A stretch of 64,000 bases of DNA from Macrostomum hystrix (GCA_950097015.1 CATNEN010000001.1:12648001-12712000), one strand, 5' to 3'; numbered from the stretch's first letter, positions 48,953-61,063 are shown. Notes: generated by a model from the letters alone, not told the origin. Numbers and translations: made by a program.

Positions 48953-51900
48953 TCAACGAGAACCCGCAGCCAGCAGGCTTGTAACCTGGGCCAATTGCTC
49001 CCTCTGCTGAGTATCCAGACGATCTAGTCGACTTCTCAACTCTTCCATAGCTTGCTCCTCCTCCGCTCCGCTCCAGGCCAATTGTTGCTTGGGATTGCCG
49101 GAGCCTGAGACGGGAAATTCCAGGCCGCCACCACTGTTTGGTCCGCGTGACATCAGCACGGAGCGGAAGTCGCCTAGGCGACGCTGCAGATCGCGAAGCT
49201 CCTTCCGAACCCGATTGTACTCGTCGTGTGAGACGCCTTTGCGAAGTACGTCAACCTATAGAAGGTTAAAAGTTACAAACGCAATGGATTATACAACAAT
49301 ATTCTTATATTTAAATATGCTATATATTTTAACTAGTTTGGGAGGCTTGTCGTGTAATTTACGCCCTTGATGGCCAACCACCAAGGCACAGTGAAGGTGT
49401 ACAGTGAGATGAGAAAGTCTGTACTTGTGTGCGTGTGTGCTCAGAGGCTTATAAGTGGAATGGGCAGGATTTATTTATCCCTGATTGTGTCTAATATGAT
49501 TAAATATTATTTTGTTTAGTTGAAAGGGCGTCGGATTAACGACTTGAAGCTTGAAGAGGCTCGATTTCTGACTCCACGGGAACCCTTTAGCAAGACAATT
49601 CAAATCTGAATTGCTTTAGTTGACCAGCAGTTAAACGGGTACTGGCATCAGCTGGGGTTATCGAGGGTACGTGGGTGTGGCGTTGCCCCAGTCCATGGAC
49701 TGAACAGCCGCGCCTTCAGACGCTCCGCGGCTCACAGGCACATTCGCAGCTATTGTGCTGTGTGCAGATGCTCAGTCCGTGGACTGAAAAGGCAGAAAAT
49801 CCCTAATTGTTTTTCCTAACTAGGATACGATTTTTAAAGGCTAAGATTTGGGACTTGGGACCTATCACTCAGAAGTTAAGAGTTTTAAATACTGGTCTAC
49901 AGGCCCTCAAAACTATAGCCGCTTCTCACCTGAGCAGCCAATTCGCATTCTTTGGCCTCGGCTAGTTCGGCTCTCTCCCTGGCCGAACGCACAGCTGAGG
50001 CGTATTTTCGTTTCTTCTTGCGCCAATCGTCGCGAGCTTTGACTAATTCGCGCGATTTCGCCTCCAGAGCCGCTTCGGCTGCGGCCAGGGCGTCGGTTAG
50101 GCGACGAGCCTCGGGCCGGTAGTCCCGATCGATGGTGGCCTGCGGAGGATGGGGAGGGAGGAACATTGGGATAGGGAGCATTGCGATAGGCAATTTAGGG
50201 AAGACAACTCCTACCTGCAACTGTCTCAAATCTCTCTGAGCATCCAACCGTTCAGACTTGGCAGTCTCCAATGCGTCCAAAGTGTCGGCAGCGGCTGCAG
50301 CCTCGGCTTCGTGACGTCGTAGGCGCGATTCTAGCTCGTCGCGAGCCTCCGTCTGGGCGCGCAGTTCGCGTTCCAGGCGTTCCAGGCGCGACTGGAGGCT
50401 GGCTCGATCGTCGGCACTGGCTTTCACTTCGGCTTCGGCGCGAGAGACCTTTATTGGATGGGATTGAGGGGACAGAACAGTGAATAGAGATAGGATAGGT
50501 GAGGTTGCACAGAAGAGGCTGAGGTGGAGACAGGAGAGGCTGAGATTGAGACATTATACGGTGAGATAGAGACATGAGATAGAAAGCATAACAGTAAGTA
50601 AATTTAACAGCCAGAAGTTCAATCTCACCCTCTCCTGGCATCGTTCGCGTTCCGCCCTGATCACGGCGTCAACCTCCGCCACCTTCTGCCTGGCTGTCTG
50701 CAGTTCACCTTCGGCGGCAATCTTCTCTGATTCAACCTGCTGACGAGCCTGCCATTCCTCTTCGCGAACGGCCTGCTCTCGTCTGGCTAGCTGGCGCTCG
50801 CGATCTAAGGCATCGCGTTCTAGACGAGAAATCTTGGCCACTGCCAGGCCCAGCCGATGCTGAAGATCGTCACGACTGGCCAGAAGGGAGTCGCATTCCC
50901 GTTCGAGAGCTCCACGCTCCTGAGTCCACTGGAGTCTGCAATCAAAAGATTACCAATCAAAAGATTATAAAAGGTTATTCTTTCATATAAACTAGAAATG
51001 ATAATTTTCAACTAGAAACGAACCTTGTCAACTAGAAACCTAACCTATTAACTAAAATGACACCTGTCAACGAGAAATGACACTTTTCAACCTAAAATCG
51101 ACTTCTGCCAACTACAGAAACGACACATGTCAACTATATACGAGCTAAATGACATCTGTCAACTATAAATGACACCTGTCAACTAGAAATGACACCTGTC
51201 AACTAGAAATGACACCTGTCAACTAGAAATGGCACCTGTCAATTAGAAATGACACCTGTCAACTATAAATGACACCTGTCAACTAGAAATGACACCTGTC
51301 AACTAGAAATGACACCTGTCAACTAGAAATGACACCTTTCAACTAGAAATGACACCTGTCAACTAGAAATGACACCTGTCAACTAGAAATGACACCTGTC
51401 AACTAGAAATGACACCTGTCAACTAGAAATAACACATGTCAACTATAAATGACACCTGTCAACTAGAAATGACACCTGTCAACTAGAAATGACACCTGTC
51501 AACTTAAATAAATGACACATACCGACTAGAAATGAGAAGCACAACAATAGATCCCTAAGAAACTCACTTGGCATTGTACATCTCCAATCTGGCCTTGTGC
51601 TCCAACTCCTCCAATCTGCTTCTCAGCTGAGCGGCATTTTTCTCAGCCTCAGCAGACCGGCCAGTCAGTTGCAGATCGAGAGCACGAGCTTCGGCCAATT
51701 CGCGCCCCGTGTCGTCCAACTGTTGACGCAAAGATTCGCGTTCGGCGTTCAATTGGCGAACATTAGACTGGCATTCGGCTAGCTGACGCTCCAGGGTTCG
51801 AGTCCGCAGCTCAGCGGCCTGCTGCTCTGAGTCTCGACTGGCGCGAGCCTCTTCTAGCTCGCTGTCGGACGCTTTGAGTCTGGCCAACAGTTGCGCGTTT

Positions 51901-54779
51901 TCTCTGAATGAGAAAAACAAATCGGACAGTATAATATACAGATAGAGCTTGTAGACCGAGAAGTCCGGAGTTCGAATCTCAACCGAAGATACTCATATCA
52001 AGCAGTGAATTCAATTATATTTTATTCTACTGTACAGAGAGCATGCGTCGGTCTAATCTAAGCGCTTTTTTCAGAAAGAATTCGAACCCATAACCATATG
52101 GACTCTGTTTTGTGCACAACCAAATGACCTCAGTAGCGCATTATTTTAATTGCTAATTAGATGACGAGGCATGAAAATATACAAACACAGATATAGTTAC
52201 TCATAGTGTTTACCCACACTGCGCGGGTCTAACGCGTTCCACACTAGAAGCAAGGTCCCTAAGTTCCCGACGCGGAGAGAAGGCTCGGGAGGATCTTCGT
52301 GCAATTTACGCCCTTGAACATTCAAGGTACAGTGAGGGTGTCTTGCATGCATGAGTACTATTATTATTATTATTAAACATGATATCTGAGCTCACCGGTA
52401 CAGAGCTCGCACCCTATCAGCCGGATCGCTATCGGCCTGACGCTGCAGTAGGAAATCGCGCTCCCGCCTTAAATTAGCCACCTCGGCGTCGTGAACTAGT
52501 TTGAGTTCGTCTAGTACACGCGAGTGCTCAGCTTTGGCGTGCTCAAGATCGCTGCGCGCCGCCGAGCAGTCGTAGCGCAGACGATTCCATTCTTGACGAT
52601 GAAAGGCGCTCTCCTGCGATAGCTGGGCGTAGCGGTCCCTGTAGGCCTGCTCTAGATCTTCAGTTACCTGGGACAATGTAGAGGCAAAATTGTTCGATGC
52701 AAAAGCGGTGAACCGATTTTCCCTATCGAATCAATTTAGCTTTATAGTCTATGAGCTGAAGGTTAAAGCTTAGGCTTAAATGCAATTATTTTTTGTATTT
52801 ATCATTGATCACACCTGTCCCAATCGGGCTACATGTGCAGCCGACAGCACAGCCGCAGCTATTGCGCGGAGTGTGAGAAGGCTGCGTAAAGCTAGCTTTT
52901 CAGTCCATGGACTGGGGAGACGACCCACCCAGCCTAAAATTACCCCCCAGCAGCTGGGCGAACTGAAGCAATGCAGAGTTAAGTGTCTCGCTAAAGGACA
53001 CAAAGTGTTCAGTTGGAGTCGGGAATCGAACCTTAGATCTTCAAGTCTTTCTGCTAACTGCAAGGCTACAGCCAATTAGAAGGATAAACATTGTTCATTA
53101 TATTAATGAGAATTATTATTACAATTTATTACACCAACCCCTGGGTCGGTGGCAAAGCGGTTAACGCGTTTGCCTCTCCCACCAAGGTCCCTGAGTTCGA
53201 TTCCGCGGCGAGGCCGCATTCATTTGGGGCGCAGCCGCGGAGAGAAGGCTTGGGGCCAACCCTGAAGGCCAACCTTCGTGGCACAGTGAGAGTTTACACT
53301 GCCTGACGATGAGAAAGTCAGGGCAGATGTACATAACTATGCGAGTGTATGCCAGTGTGTGCGTGTGTGCTCAGGCGACGGTGAAATGGGCAGAATTGCC
53401 TCCTCGCTGGCTGCGGGTCTAGATGTTTCTTCGGGTGATTCCAGTTGGAATCTGCGGTGTTGCCAGAAAAAGAAACAGCCGACCGCTGGAAACATACCAA
53501 TCAGAAGATTCCATGCTTAGAATCTACCCAACTGGGCGTTTTCTCGGAGCTTCTTGGTGGCGAAATGGAATCACCCAAAGAATCCTCCAGTTCGGAAGAT
53601 TCCATGCTTATAATCTACCCAACTGGGCGTTTTCTCGGAGCTTCTTGGTGGCGAAATGGAATCACCCAAAGAATCCTCCAGTTCGGAAGATTCCATGCTT
53701 ATAATCTACCCAACTGGGCGTTTTCTCGGAGCTTCTTGGTGGCGAAATGGAATCACCCAAAGAATCCTCCAGTTCGGATGATTCCATGCTTATAATCTAC
53801 CCAACTGGGCGTTTTCTCGGAGCTTCTTGGTGGCGAAATGGAATCACCCAAAGAATCCTCCAGTTCGGAAGATTCCATGCTTAGAATCTACCCAACTGGG
53901 CGTTTTCTCGGAGCTTCTTGGTGGCGAAATGGAATCACCCAAAGAATCCTCCAGTTCGGATGATTCCATGCTTAGAATCTACCCAACTGGGCGTTTTCTC
54001 GGAGCTTCTTGGTGGCGAAATGGAATCACCCAAAGAATCCTCCAGTTCGGAAGATTCCATGCTTAGAATCTACCAAACTGGGCGTTTTCTCGGAGCTTCT
54101 TGGTGGCGAAATGGAATCACCCAAAGAATCCTCCAGTTCGGAAGATTCCATGCTCAGAAACCGCCGAGGAATCGCCCGTAAATAATTCTCTGGTTGTCCC
54201 ATGGGCCACTGGTTCGGGTGATTCTTCGGCGGTTTCCGCACAATTTACGGTTACATCGGCTGCTTCCTGGGTGGTTTCTTTACCTCTTGCGAGATAGGGG
54301 GGATTTCGGTAGATTCCACTCCTATTTTGCACAAAAAACCCGCCGAAGAAGCAGCCGAATTTTTTACAGGGAACAAAACAAAGCCAGCCAACCTGAGCTT
54401 TAATCATCTCCAATTTTTGGGCATTCAGTCCGTGCAGACGAGCCTCCTCTAGCTCAGCCTTCAAATCGTCGCGCTCCTTCTTAGCCGAATGCAATGCGTC
54501 GCTGAGCTTCTCTTGAGCAGTCCTGCCGTCGTCTAGAGCAGTTTTCAGCTGCCTCTCCAAATTAGAATACTGCTCCTGCAGTTGAGCATGCTTGGCTTTT
54601 AATAATTGAAAATTGCTCCTATGCTGATCGGATCTGAGTCGCTCCTCAGATAGGGCCCGGACGTACATTGCGCCACCGCCGCCAGAATCCGAGTCTAACA
54701 AATTCATCGGACTCTGATTGGCGCTCCGGCTAATCCGCATCGAAGACGGACCGGCTGGCGGCTGACCCGACACGCTCAT
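48953..54779 (-). CDS. CEP83: Centrosomal protein CEP83 (CCDC41)-like coiled-coil protein, 7 exons, ~682 aa
   Basis: Exons 54779-54393, 52667-52396, 51903-51568, 50935-50629, 50448-50215, 50139-49930 and 49255-48953 (2049 nt). ERLRSDQHRSNFQLLKAKH, NRLRYD, KLVHDAEV..L and V.HDEYNRVRKELRDLQRR..DFRSVL resemble CEP83 conserved blocks, as recalled. Confidence 0.85.
49338..49470 (+). mobile_element. SINE family B internal fragment
   Basis: GGCTTGTCGTGTAATTTACG..GGCCAACC..AAGGCACAGTG..GATGAGAAAGTC. Confidence 0.65.
49525..49790 (+). mobile_element. SINE family A copy, diverged
   Basis: GACTTGAAG..GCTCGATTTCTGACTCC head, CCTTTAGCAAGACAATT, CAGTCCATGGACTG. Confidence 0.75.
51010..51503. repeat. 20-bp minisatellite AACTAGAAATGACACCTGTC (CEP83 intron 3)
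   Basis: Exact 20-bp register at 51170-51503. Confidence 0.93.
52220..52372 (+). mobile_element. SINE family B degenerate copy
   Basis: TAACGCGTT..CAAGGTCCCT..CGCGGAGAGAAGGCT..CAGTGAG with a TAT tail. Confidence 0.6.
52805..53078 (-). mobile_element. SINE family A copy, near full length
   Basis: Minus strand reads GGTTCGATTCCC (B-box), then TGTGTCCTTTAGCGAGACACTTAACTCTGCATTGCTTCAGTTCGCCCAGCTG (CORE-like), then CAGTCCATGGACTG. Confidence 0.85.
53141..53422 (+). mobile_element. SINE family B copy, 3' truncated
   Basis: TGGCAAAGCGGTTAACGCG, GAGTTCGATTCC and TGCCTGACGATGAGAAAGTCAGGGCAG; ends at CTGCGGGTCTAG where the CACTA-like block starts. Confidence 0.85.
53423..54371. mobile_element. One-ended CACTA/EnSpm-like non-autonomous DNA element in CEP83 intron 1
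   Basis: GC-rich block ending TTTTTTACAGGG (CCCTGTAAAAAA on the minus strand); subterminal motifs in both orientations (GAAACCGCCGAGGAATCGCCC and GGGTGATTCTTCGGCGGTTTCC). No matching left TIR seen. Confidence 0.5.
53504..54159. repeat. 91-bp tandem repeat, 7 copies plus ~19 bp
   Basis: GAAGATTCCATGCT occurs at 53504 and 54141, a distance of 7 x 91. Confidence 0.95.
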
Positions 54780-54919
54780 TGGCTAGAATGGGTTGATACA
54801 GCTTTGATCTGATTGCGCAATCACTGATTATATATGATTGTCTGTAGAATCAACTTGCCTATCTTATGCTCCACCACTTTTTTATCTAAATTCATTTTCT
54901 CTATCTCTATCTCTTGTAA

Positions 54920-55575
54920 TCACTTTATCAATCTCTCTTAATCTCTTTATCAATCTACCATAAGCTCTTTATCAATATATCATAATCTCTTTATCAATCT
55001 ATCGTAATCTCTTCATCAATCTATCATAATCTCTTTATCAATCTCTCCGACTTTCTATATAAATCTCTCCCACTCACGATATCAATCCATCCAACTCTCA
55101 ATATCAATCTAATTAACTCTCAATATCAATCTATCTAACTCTCAATATCAATATATATCTAACTCTCAATATCAATCTATCTAACTCTCAATATCAATAT
55201 ATCTAACTCTCAATATCAATCTATCTAACTCTCAATATCAATCTATCTAACTCTCAATATCAATCTAATTAACTCTCAATATCAATCTATCTAACTCTCA
55301 ATATCAATCTATCTAACTCTCAATATCAATCTATCTAACTCTCAATATCAATCTATCTAACTCTCAATATCAATCTAATTAACTCTCAATATCAATCTAT
55401 CTAACTCTCAATATCAATCTATCTAACTCTCAATATCAATCTATCTAACTCTCAATATCAATCAATCTAACTCTCAATATCAATCTATCTAACTCTCAAT
55501 ATCAATCTAATTAACTCTCAATATCAATCTATCTAACTCTCAATATCAATCTATCTAACTCTCAATATCAATCTA
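54920..55575. repeat. 22-bp minisatellite CTCTCAATATCAATCTATCTAA upstream of CEP83
   Basis: Tandem copies at 55080-55575 with a degenerate left flank. Confidence 0.92.
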
Positions 55576-56589
55576 TCGCACTGTATTTATTTATCTCCTC
55601 AATCATTATATCAATTTCTTCACTCTCCTTATCAATCGCTCACTCTCTGCATATAATTCTCTTTCACTCTCCAACTGTCGTTTATCAATCTCTTCCATCC
55701 AGATATCAATCTCTCCCACTCTGTATTCTAACATTAATTTATTAATTTAAATTAATAACAAAATAGACAAACATAAATTGTCAATAGCAACCAAAAGAAA
55801 TATGCACGAGTCTTTGTTTCGTATAGTTTTACTTCAAAAATATGTTTTACATTAAGCTACGTCATATTTAAGTACTTTTATAGATAATAATAACTACGAG
55901 CCATGCGCACTAAATTACATTATTCTTAATGGCGGTGGCTTACATTGCAACAACAACAACAGAAAACACGTTGAACCTGAGTGTCAAACAACAAGACAAT
56001 AGGCACAAATCAGTGCGATCAACAATCCATATTTGGGACTAGAAATAACGTTGAACTTTAACATTAGAATCAGTGTTCGTAAACATTGAGAAAGCAACAA
56101 AAATATTTATAATTTCTGCCAAAAAAACCTACCATATATTGAACATCATAAGCGTAAATAAGGACAAAAAATCACAGACACGGCAATTTTTCAGGGGCAG
56201 CAAAGAGAGTTTTATAAACATTCAACACTAGCTACTGAAAGTAGCAATGTAAGATTACGAAAATGTAAAGATTTGACATTTATTTCTGGGCTATTGACAT
56301 TGTTATAGAGCATTTTTATAGACAGCTTGACACCATAATTATCATGTAGATCTTTATACTATAATATAATTTAGTGACTCTATTAGTTTGTTAACTAATA
56401 GCATAGATTTTAGACAAGCATATAATAAAAATAATAAAAATCGATCAATGAAATATTTGATATAGCTACTGGATAATATATAATGATTTACTATACATAA
56501 AGTATTTGAGCATACATAATAGCAATCGAACATGCTACGAGTACATACCTTTGCTTTTTTAGGGCATTTCTAGGGCCCTCAAGAGCCTG

Positions 56590-56668
56590 CACCCGAAATG
56601 AATGTGGCCTCGCTGCGGAATCGAACCTTCGAAGGGACCTACGTGCTTTGCTACTCAGCCCCGACCAT
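56590..56668 (-). mobile_element. SINE family B 5' (tRNA head) fragment
   Basis: AATGTGGCCTCGCTGCGGAATCGAAC is identical to 18174-18199. Confidence 0.65.
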
Positions 56669-56734
56669 ATAGTGGTTGTTGAATTAGTTGACAAGTAAAG
56701 GCTATGTTTGTAATTATGTTTATAGTGAACACAC

Positions 56735-57018
56735 AGAGGTTGTATCCTTGTGGCTAGAGCAAACGGACTCACGACTTGAAGGTCGGGGGTTCAATTCCCG
56801 ACTCCACTATAAAAATGTGTGCCCTTTAGCAGGACAATTAACTCTGAATTGCTTCAGTCCATCCAACTGTTTAATAGGTACCAGTATTCGTTGGGGTAAT
56901 TAGGGTTGGGGGCGTCCCCCAGTCCATGGACTGAACAGCCGTACACAGTCTTCTATTGCGCCGCGTAACAGCTGCTGCAAATCTGGACCAATTGGGTCAG
57001 ATTCAATCAATTATTATT
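56735..57018 (+). mobile_element. SINE family A copy, near full length
   Basis: A-box-like TGGCTAGAGC, B-box GGTTCAATTCCC, CORE-like segment, palindrome and ATT tail. Confidence 0.85.
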
Positions 57019-57113
57019 AGCAAAAAACCATTAAGGGTGAATATATAAGCAATAGATCAGAATATCTAAGCATTTTCGGTTTTAGTCTTAGAAATAAAGT
57101 TAAGATTTAGACA

Positions 57114-57575
57114 TCAAAGGTCTATTCTAGCTGTATGCACTGGTATATCTTGCAGTTCGGCGCGCAAGCACAAAAACTCGCCTAGAACAGTTGCAATAAC
57201 AGCTGAGACTGAGTTTGTTAGCCACCAAACAAAATTAGTTGGAAAGGCGCGATTATAAATGCAAGTAAATAACAGATGATAGAGGAAGACGGTTAGGCTA
57301 AAGTCTAAACACTGTTTAGTTCGCCTAACAACAAACAGTAGGCCGCCAGAGCAGGTGAACGAATTCAATAGGCAGGTTAGGACAGACAATTTTCCTGGGG
57401 TGTCGCGAAATCTTAAGTACGCAAACGAGAATATTTGGCTTAAACTGGGTGATTGCATCACCAGTAGATTAGTAGCCAATGTCCACAGACACAGACAGAA
57501 ATAATACAGTGATTGCATAGCAATGATTTGGGCCATAATTAAGGCTGGATCCCAGCCACTGGCTCGAAATCCCAT
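57114..57575 (-). CDS. SYS1: SYS1 Golgi trafficking membrane protein, 153 aa
   Basis: FR..WDP.LI..QI..MQS.YY, VRRTKQCLDF, GEFLC.R.EL..IP and hydrophobic helices. Possible 40-nt 5'-UTR intron at 57693-57654. Confidence 0.95.
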   Translation of the reverse strand: MGFRASGWDPALIMAQIIAMQSLYYFCLCLWTLATNLLVMQSPSLSQIFSFAYLRFRDTPGKLSVLTCLLNSFTCSGGLLFVVRRTKQCLDFSLTVFLYHLLFTCIYNRAFPTNFVWWLTNSVSAVIATVLGEFLCLRAELQDIPVHTARIDL

Positions 57576-58342
57576 CAGTAACTTCTTTCTTGATTAGTCT
57601 AGAAAGCTGAGATTCAAGTTCCAGTGCTTTGTTGTCTTTCAGTAGCAAAACAGCTGGAAACAGGTAATTCATTAACAATTATAAGTACTATACCTTAAAA
57701 ATAATTGAAGTCGAACACATAAAGTCTATAAAAACACAAGTCCTTAGAAGTGCAAATATTTTTTTCCACCAGTAATGAAAACTTGACTTCAATAATGATA
57801 AATGATAAACACGTGTTATATTCTTATAAAAGTGCATGAAACTGCTTTAAACTTAATAATTAGTAAAAATATACATAATAAAGTTATAAATTAAACTTAA
57901 AAAAGCATTTTACTTTAAGAAACTTTGTAGCGCAATATATATATTATATCTAAATTTTTATGTTTAATATATAGCCCATATTTATCATCTACAATTACAA
58001 ATACTTTGGCTCATGATCAAAGTGTATCTAATGCCTTGTTATGTAACGCAAGAATAAAACATTTTCTAATACATTTTCTAATACATTTTCTAATACATTT
58101 TCTAATATCTAAAACAAAAGATTGAGCATAGGCCTATAACAATCAATGTGGTTAACATACAAAAATTATACTGAATAAATATAATAGCCAGTATAATGTA
58201 TTTAATAGTTAACAATTAACAACAATAGCCATTGTGCACAGTAAGTGTAAAACAATAGTTTAATGCAAAATGCATATAAATACTTTGATTGCTAAGTTTC
58301 TTAAAATCACAACTTTAAGAAAATAAACAGCAGAGTAGGTAA

Positions 58343-58614
58343 CATACATGTGCAACACCCGGCCGACCAGGCCAGGTGAAATGAGGGCCAACCAAGGTAA
58401 GTCGCAAAAACCAATCGACCAAGTGCAAAAAAATCAAAGGGGGGACCAAGGGACAAAAAAGGAAGGCGTGAAGAAAAGGAAAAAGGGGAGAGTAAAAGAG
58501 AGCAAATGAGAGCAAACTAAGTCGTAAATAGAGCAATGAAACGAACTAAGTCACAAATGAGAGCAAAAACTAAGTCGCACGGCCGGCAAATATTTGGGAG
58601 GTTGCGCATGTATG
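58343..58614. mobile_element. Non-autonomous hAT MITE, 272 bp
   Basis: TIRs CATACATGTGCAACACCC / GGGAGGTTGCGCATGTATG; perfect 8-bp TSD GTAGGTAA at 58335-58342 and 58615-58622. Confidence 0.88.
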
Positions 58615-61063
58615 GTAGGTAATCATAAAACATTTAACTTAAGGAAGCACACTAGACAAACATATAATTCTTACGAAACCAAACTTTTTATTAACAACTA
58701 AACCCAAGATCTTCAAAATTGATATATAATTCTTATATTACTAACTAAATTAGTCTATAATATTACAACCATACTTATATAGAATCACATCCAATAATAT
58801 GATTGTTATTACCATTTGTATTGCAAATAATACCATTTCTTTAAAGACTTATTGGGTACATTCTAATTATGGCAAAAAATGTCTTACAACTTAGAAAAAA
58901 CAATGTATATTTGTAGGGACTACTAAAAACTACAGAATATTATTTATTAATCCCAATACACAGCTCTATTGTATGTTGCTAGTTTTGTGCTAAAAGTTGT
59001 TGTTTTCTTTTCTCTACTAAACAAATTTTCTAAAATGTTTTTTTTCTTTTTGACTATAATACACTTCAAAAATATGCATATTAAATATGTCAGTTTTTGT
59101 TATTTTTTGCAATAGAAACCAGCAAAGAACTAAAAAACTTAAGCACCTTTGTTGGTTTTTATCAAAGAAAATATATGAATGATATCTGCATATTGTTCTA
59201 AAATTGTATATACAAATAACATTACAAACGCATGTTAAGTTAAGTCAAATGACATTTAAGTAATTTATTTGCTTTTTAGTATACTGAACACTATGAGAAA
59301 TTTTATGTTTCTTTGCTACTATATGAGCTTTTGCTGCGCCATTGTATGTTTAGCTGAAAAATTTTACTTAAGACATACAAAAAATCACCATATGAGCAAT
59401 TAGGGTTAGTAAATTGTAGATTGAAAGTAATATCCTATTCCAAATGTTTAAATAAATATATCACTTATAAGAAGATTTCTGTCAGATACACAAATTTAAT
59501 ACTGGATAGTTTCTTAATTTTAGGAATATTAATAGAACTGTATTATATATATTAATATTATTATTAATATATATATTAATAATTCTATATTAATAGAATT
59601 ATTAGACAATAATTGCACAAGGAACTTTAGGGATCCAGTCAAACATTCTTTATCAAGCTTTGTAATTTAAATTGGCCAATAAAATATATAATTTCCCTGA
59701 AATAATTTGCCCTATAAACAACCTACTAGTCAACAATAGGGGCCTAGTTCAAATAAATTAGCATGGCTACGGAATGTATATAGTTTAGGGCAATGATGCC
59801 AACTGACTATTATTTACAAAAAAATAGTTACAACCACAAGCACAACAATCGTTCTTTTAAAACCTACAGAATGTTGGCCACTAGAAGCGATAATGGCAAT
59901 GCACATTTAAAACGTATACTCTTAATGATGACAGTGGTCAATGTCAACAAATGTTGGTCAACATTCGATGTGACTACAAAGTAATTAACAACTGCATTCG
60001 GCTCGGCTACATAAAGTAGAAGTAGAAAAAAACCTGCTTTGGCAAGGTTCCTGTCTGTTCTAAAACGTAGGAAGTCTTTGTTTTTACAATATTAAGCTTT
60101 ATATAGCTGTAGACTATTGACACACTTAGGCCCCATCGGTAGACACTCCAAATTCAACTAAGTAGGCCCTACTGAATTGACATGATTGACACATTTAAAA
60201 TTGAAAAAATCTAAAAAATAAATCTTTAGTTGACGTAAAACATAAGGTAAAACAAAAACTAGAAAAATCAGGGCAAAAATAAATTATTTAAATGTTGTCT
60301 TAATCATTCTCATATAAGGCCTACTTTTCAGAAATGCAATAGGGCTTCTTTGTTTAACAGAAATTTGTAAAAGAGTAATAAGCAAATGAGAAAAGCCAAA
60401 AAGCTACAAGAAAAAATATCAGCTTCTCTCTTTGTAATAATTGCTCTTCTTTACCATTTTTGCTCTTAAAACGTTTCTAAGTTAAAAAAAAACAATTTGT
60501 TTTATTGTTTCGGAACAAAATTTGGTTTGGCGTTTTAAAAGCATATATTTTCTAAGAATCATGGTTATGTAACAGAGTTTTTTTATTTTAGCAAACCAAA
60601 CGTACTACCCAGTGTACCTATATTTTTACAAAAATACTATTTTTACCTTCTGAATGCGTTTCAACAACTGATAAATGAAAAAATCCTGCTCAAAAAAGCA
60701 AGCAGTTCGTTTTATGTACTCTTGCCTTTAAACATGTTTGCTACCAAAACTACATTTTTCTGTTTTTACAATGGCGACAAGTTATTGCAAACGCCATTTC
60801 TGAAGTTGATTTTATAACTGACGTTTAAAATATTGTGTATTTTTATTTTCTATAATGTAAATAGCGAGGTTTATTATGAAAGTATACTCGTATTTATTTA
60901 AAACGATTGGAGGTTCCTTAAGAAAAAGTTGGTTCCCTAAAGCTAGATACATTACATTATTATGCATTAGAAAAACATACTTTGCAGTTTCAGGCCTTTC
61001 TTTGTTACTAGCTGTCTGGGCATTCTTAATAAATTACTAATTGCAAAAAATATTCCAGTTAAT

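Noticed and set aside
51950-53200. tRNA genes at GTTCGA B-box motifs (also near 2830, 18195, 33490, 35290 and 56790)
   Set aside because: No full cloverleaf could be built; most continue into SINE bodies.
53300-53328. CTGACGA..GAAA hammerhead-like core in SINE B
   Set aside because: Only 3 nt separate the two boxes, so there is no stem II, and CTGAC/GTCAG forms a simple hairpin.
53398-53422. GCCTCCTCGCTGGC in SINE B (also near 41816), matching the HDV ribozyme P3/L3 as recalled
   Set aside because: I found no upstream P1 partner, no GG for P1.1 after a 7-nt P1 strand, and no P2 closure. The next bases pair with the SINE 3' stem instead. An Infernal or RNArobo scan would settle it.
59577-59604. 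12-bp hairpin TAATAATTCTAT-ATTA-ATAGAATTATTA in the divergent spacer
   Set aside because: It lies in a nearly pure AT tract where such stems arise easily, and nothing else supports a function.
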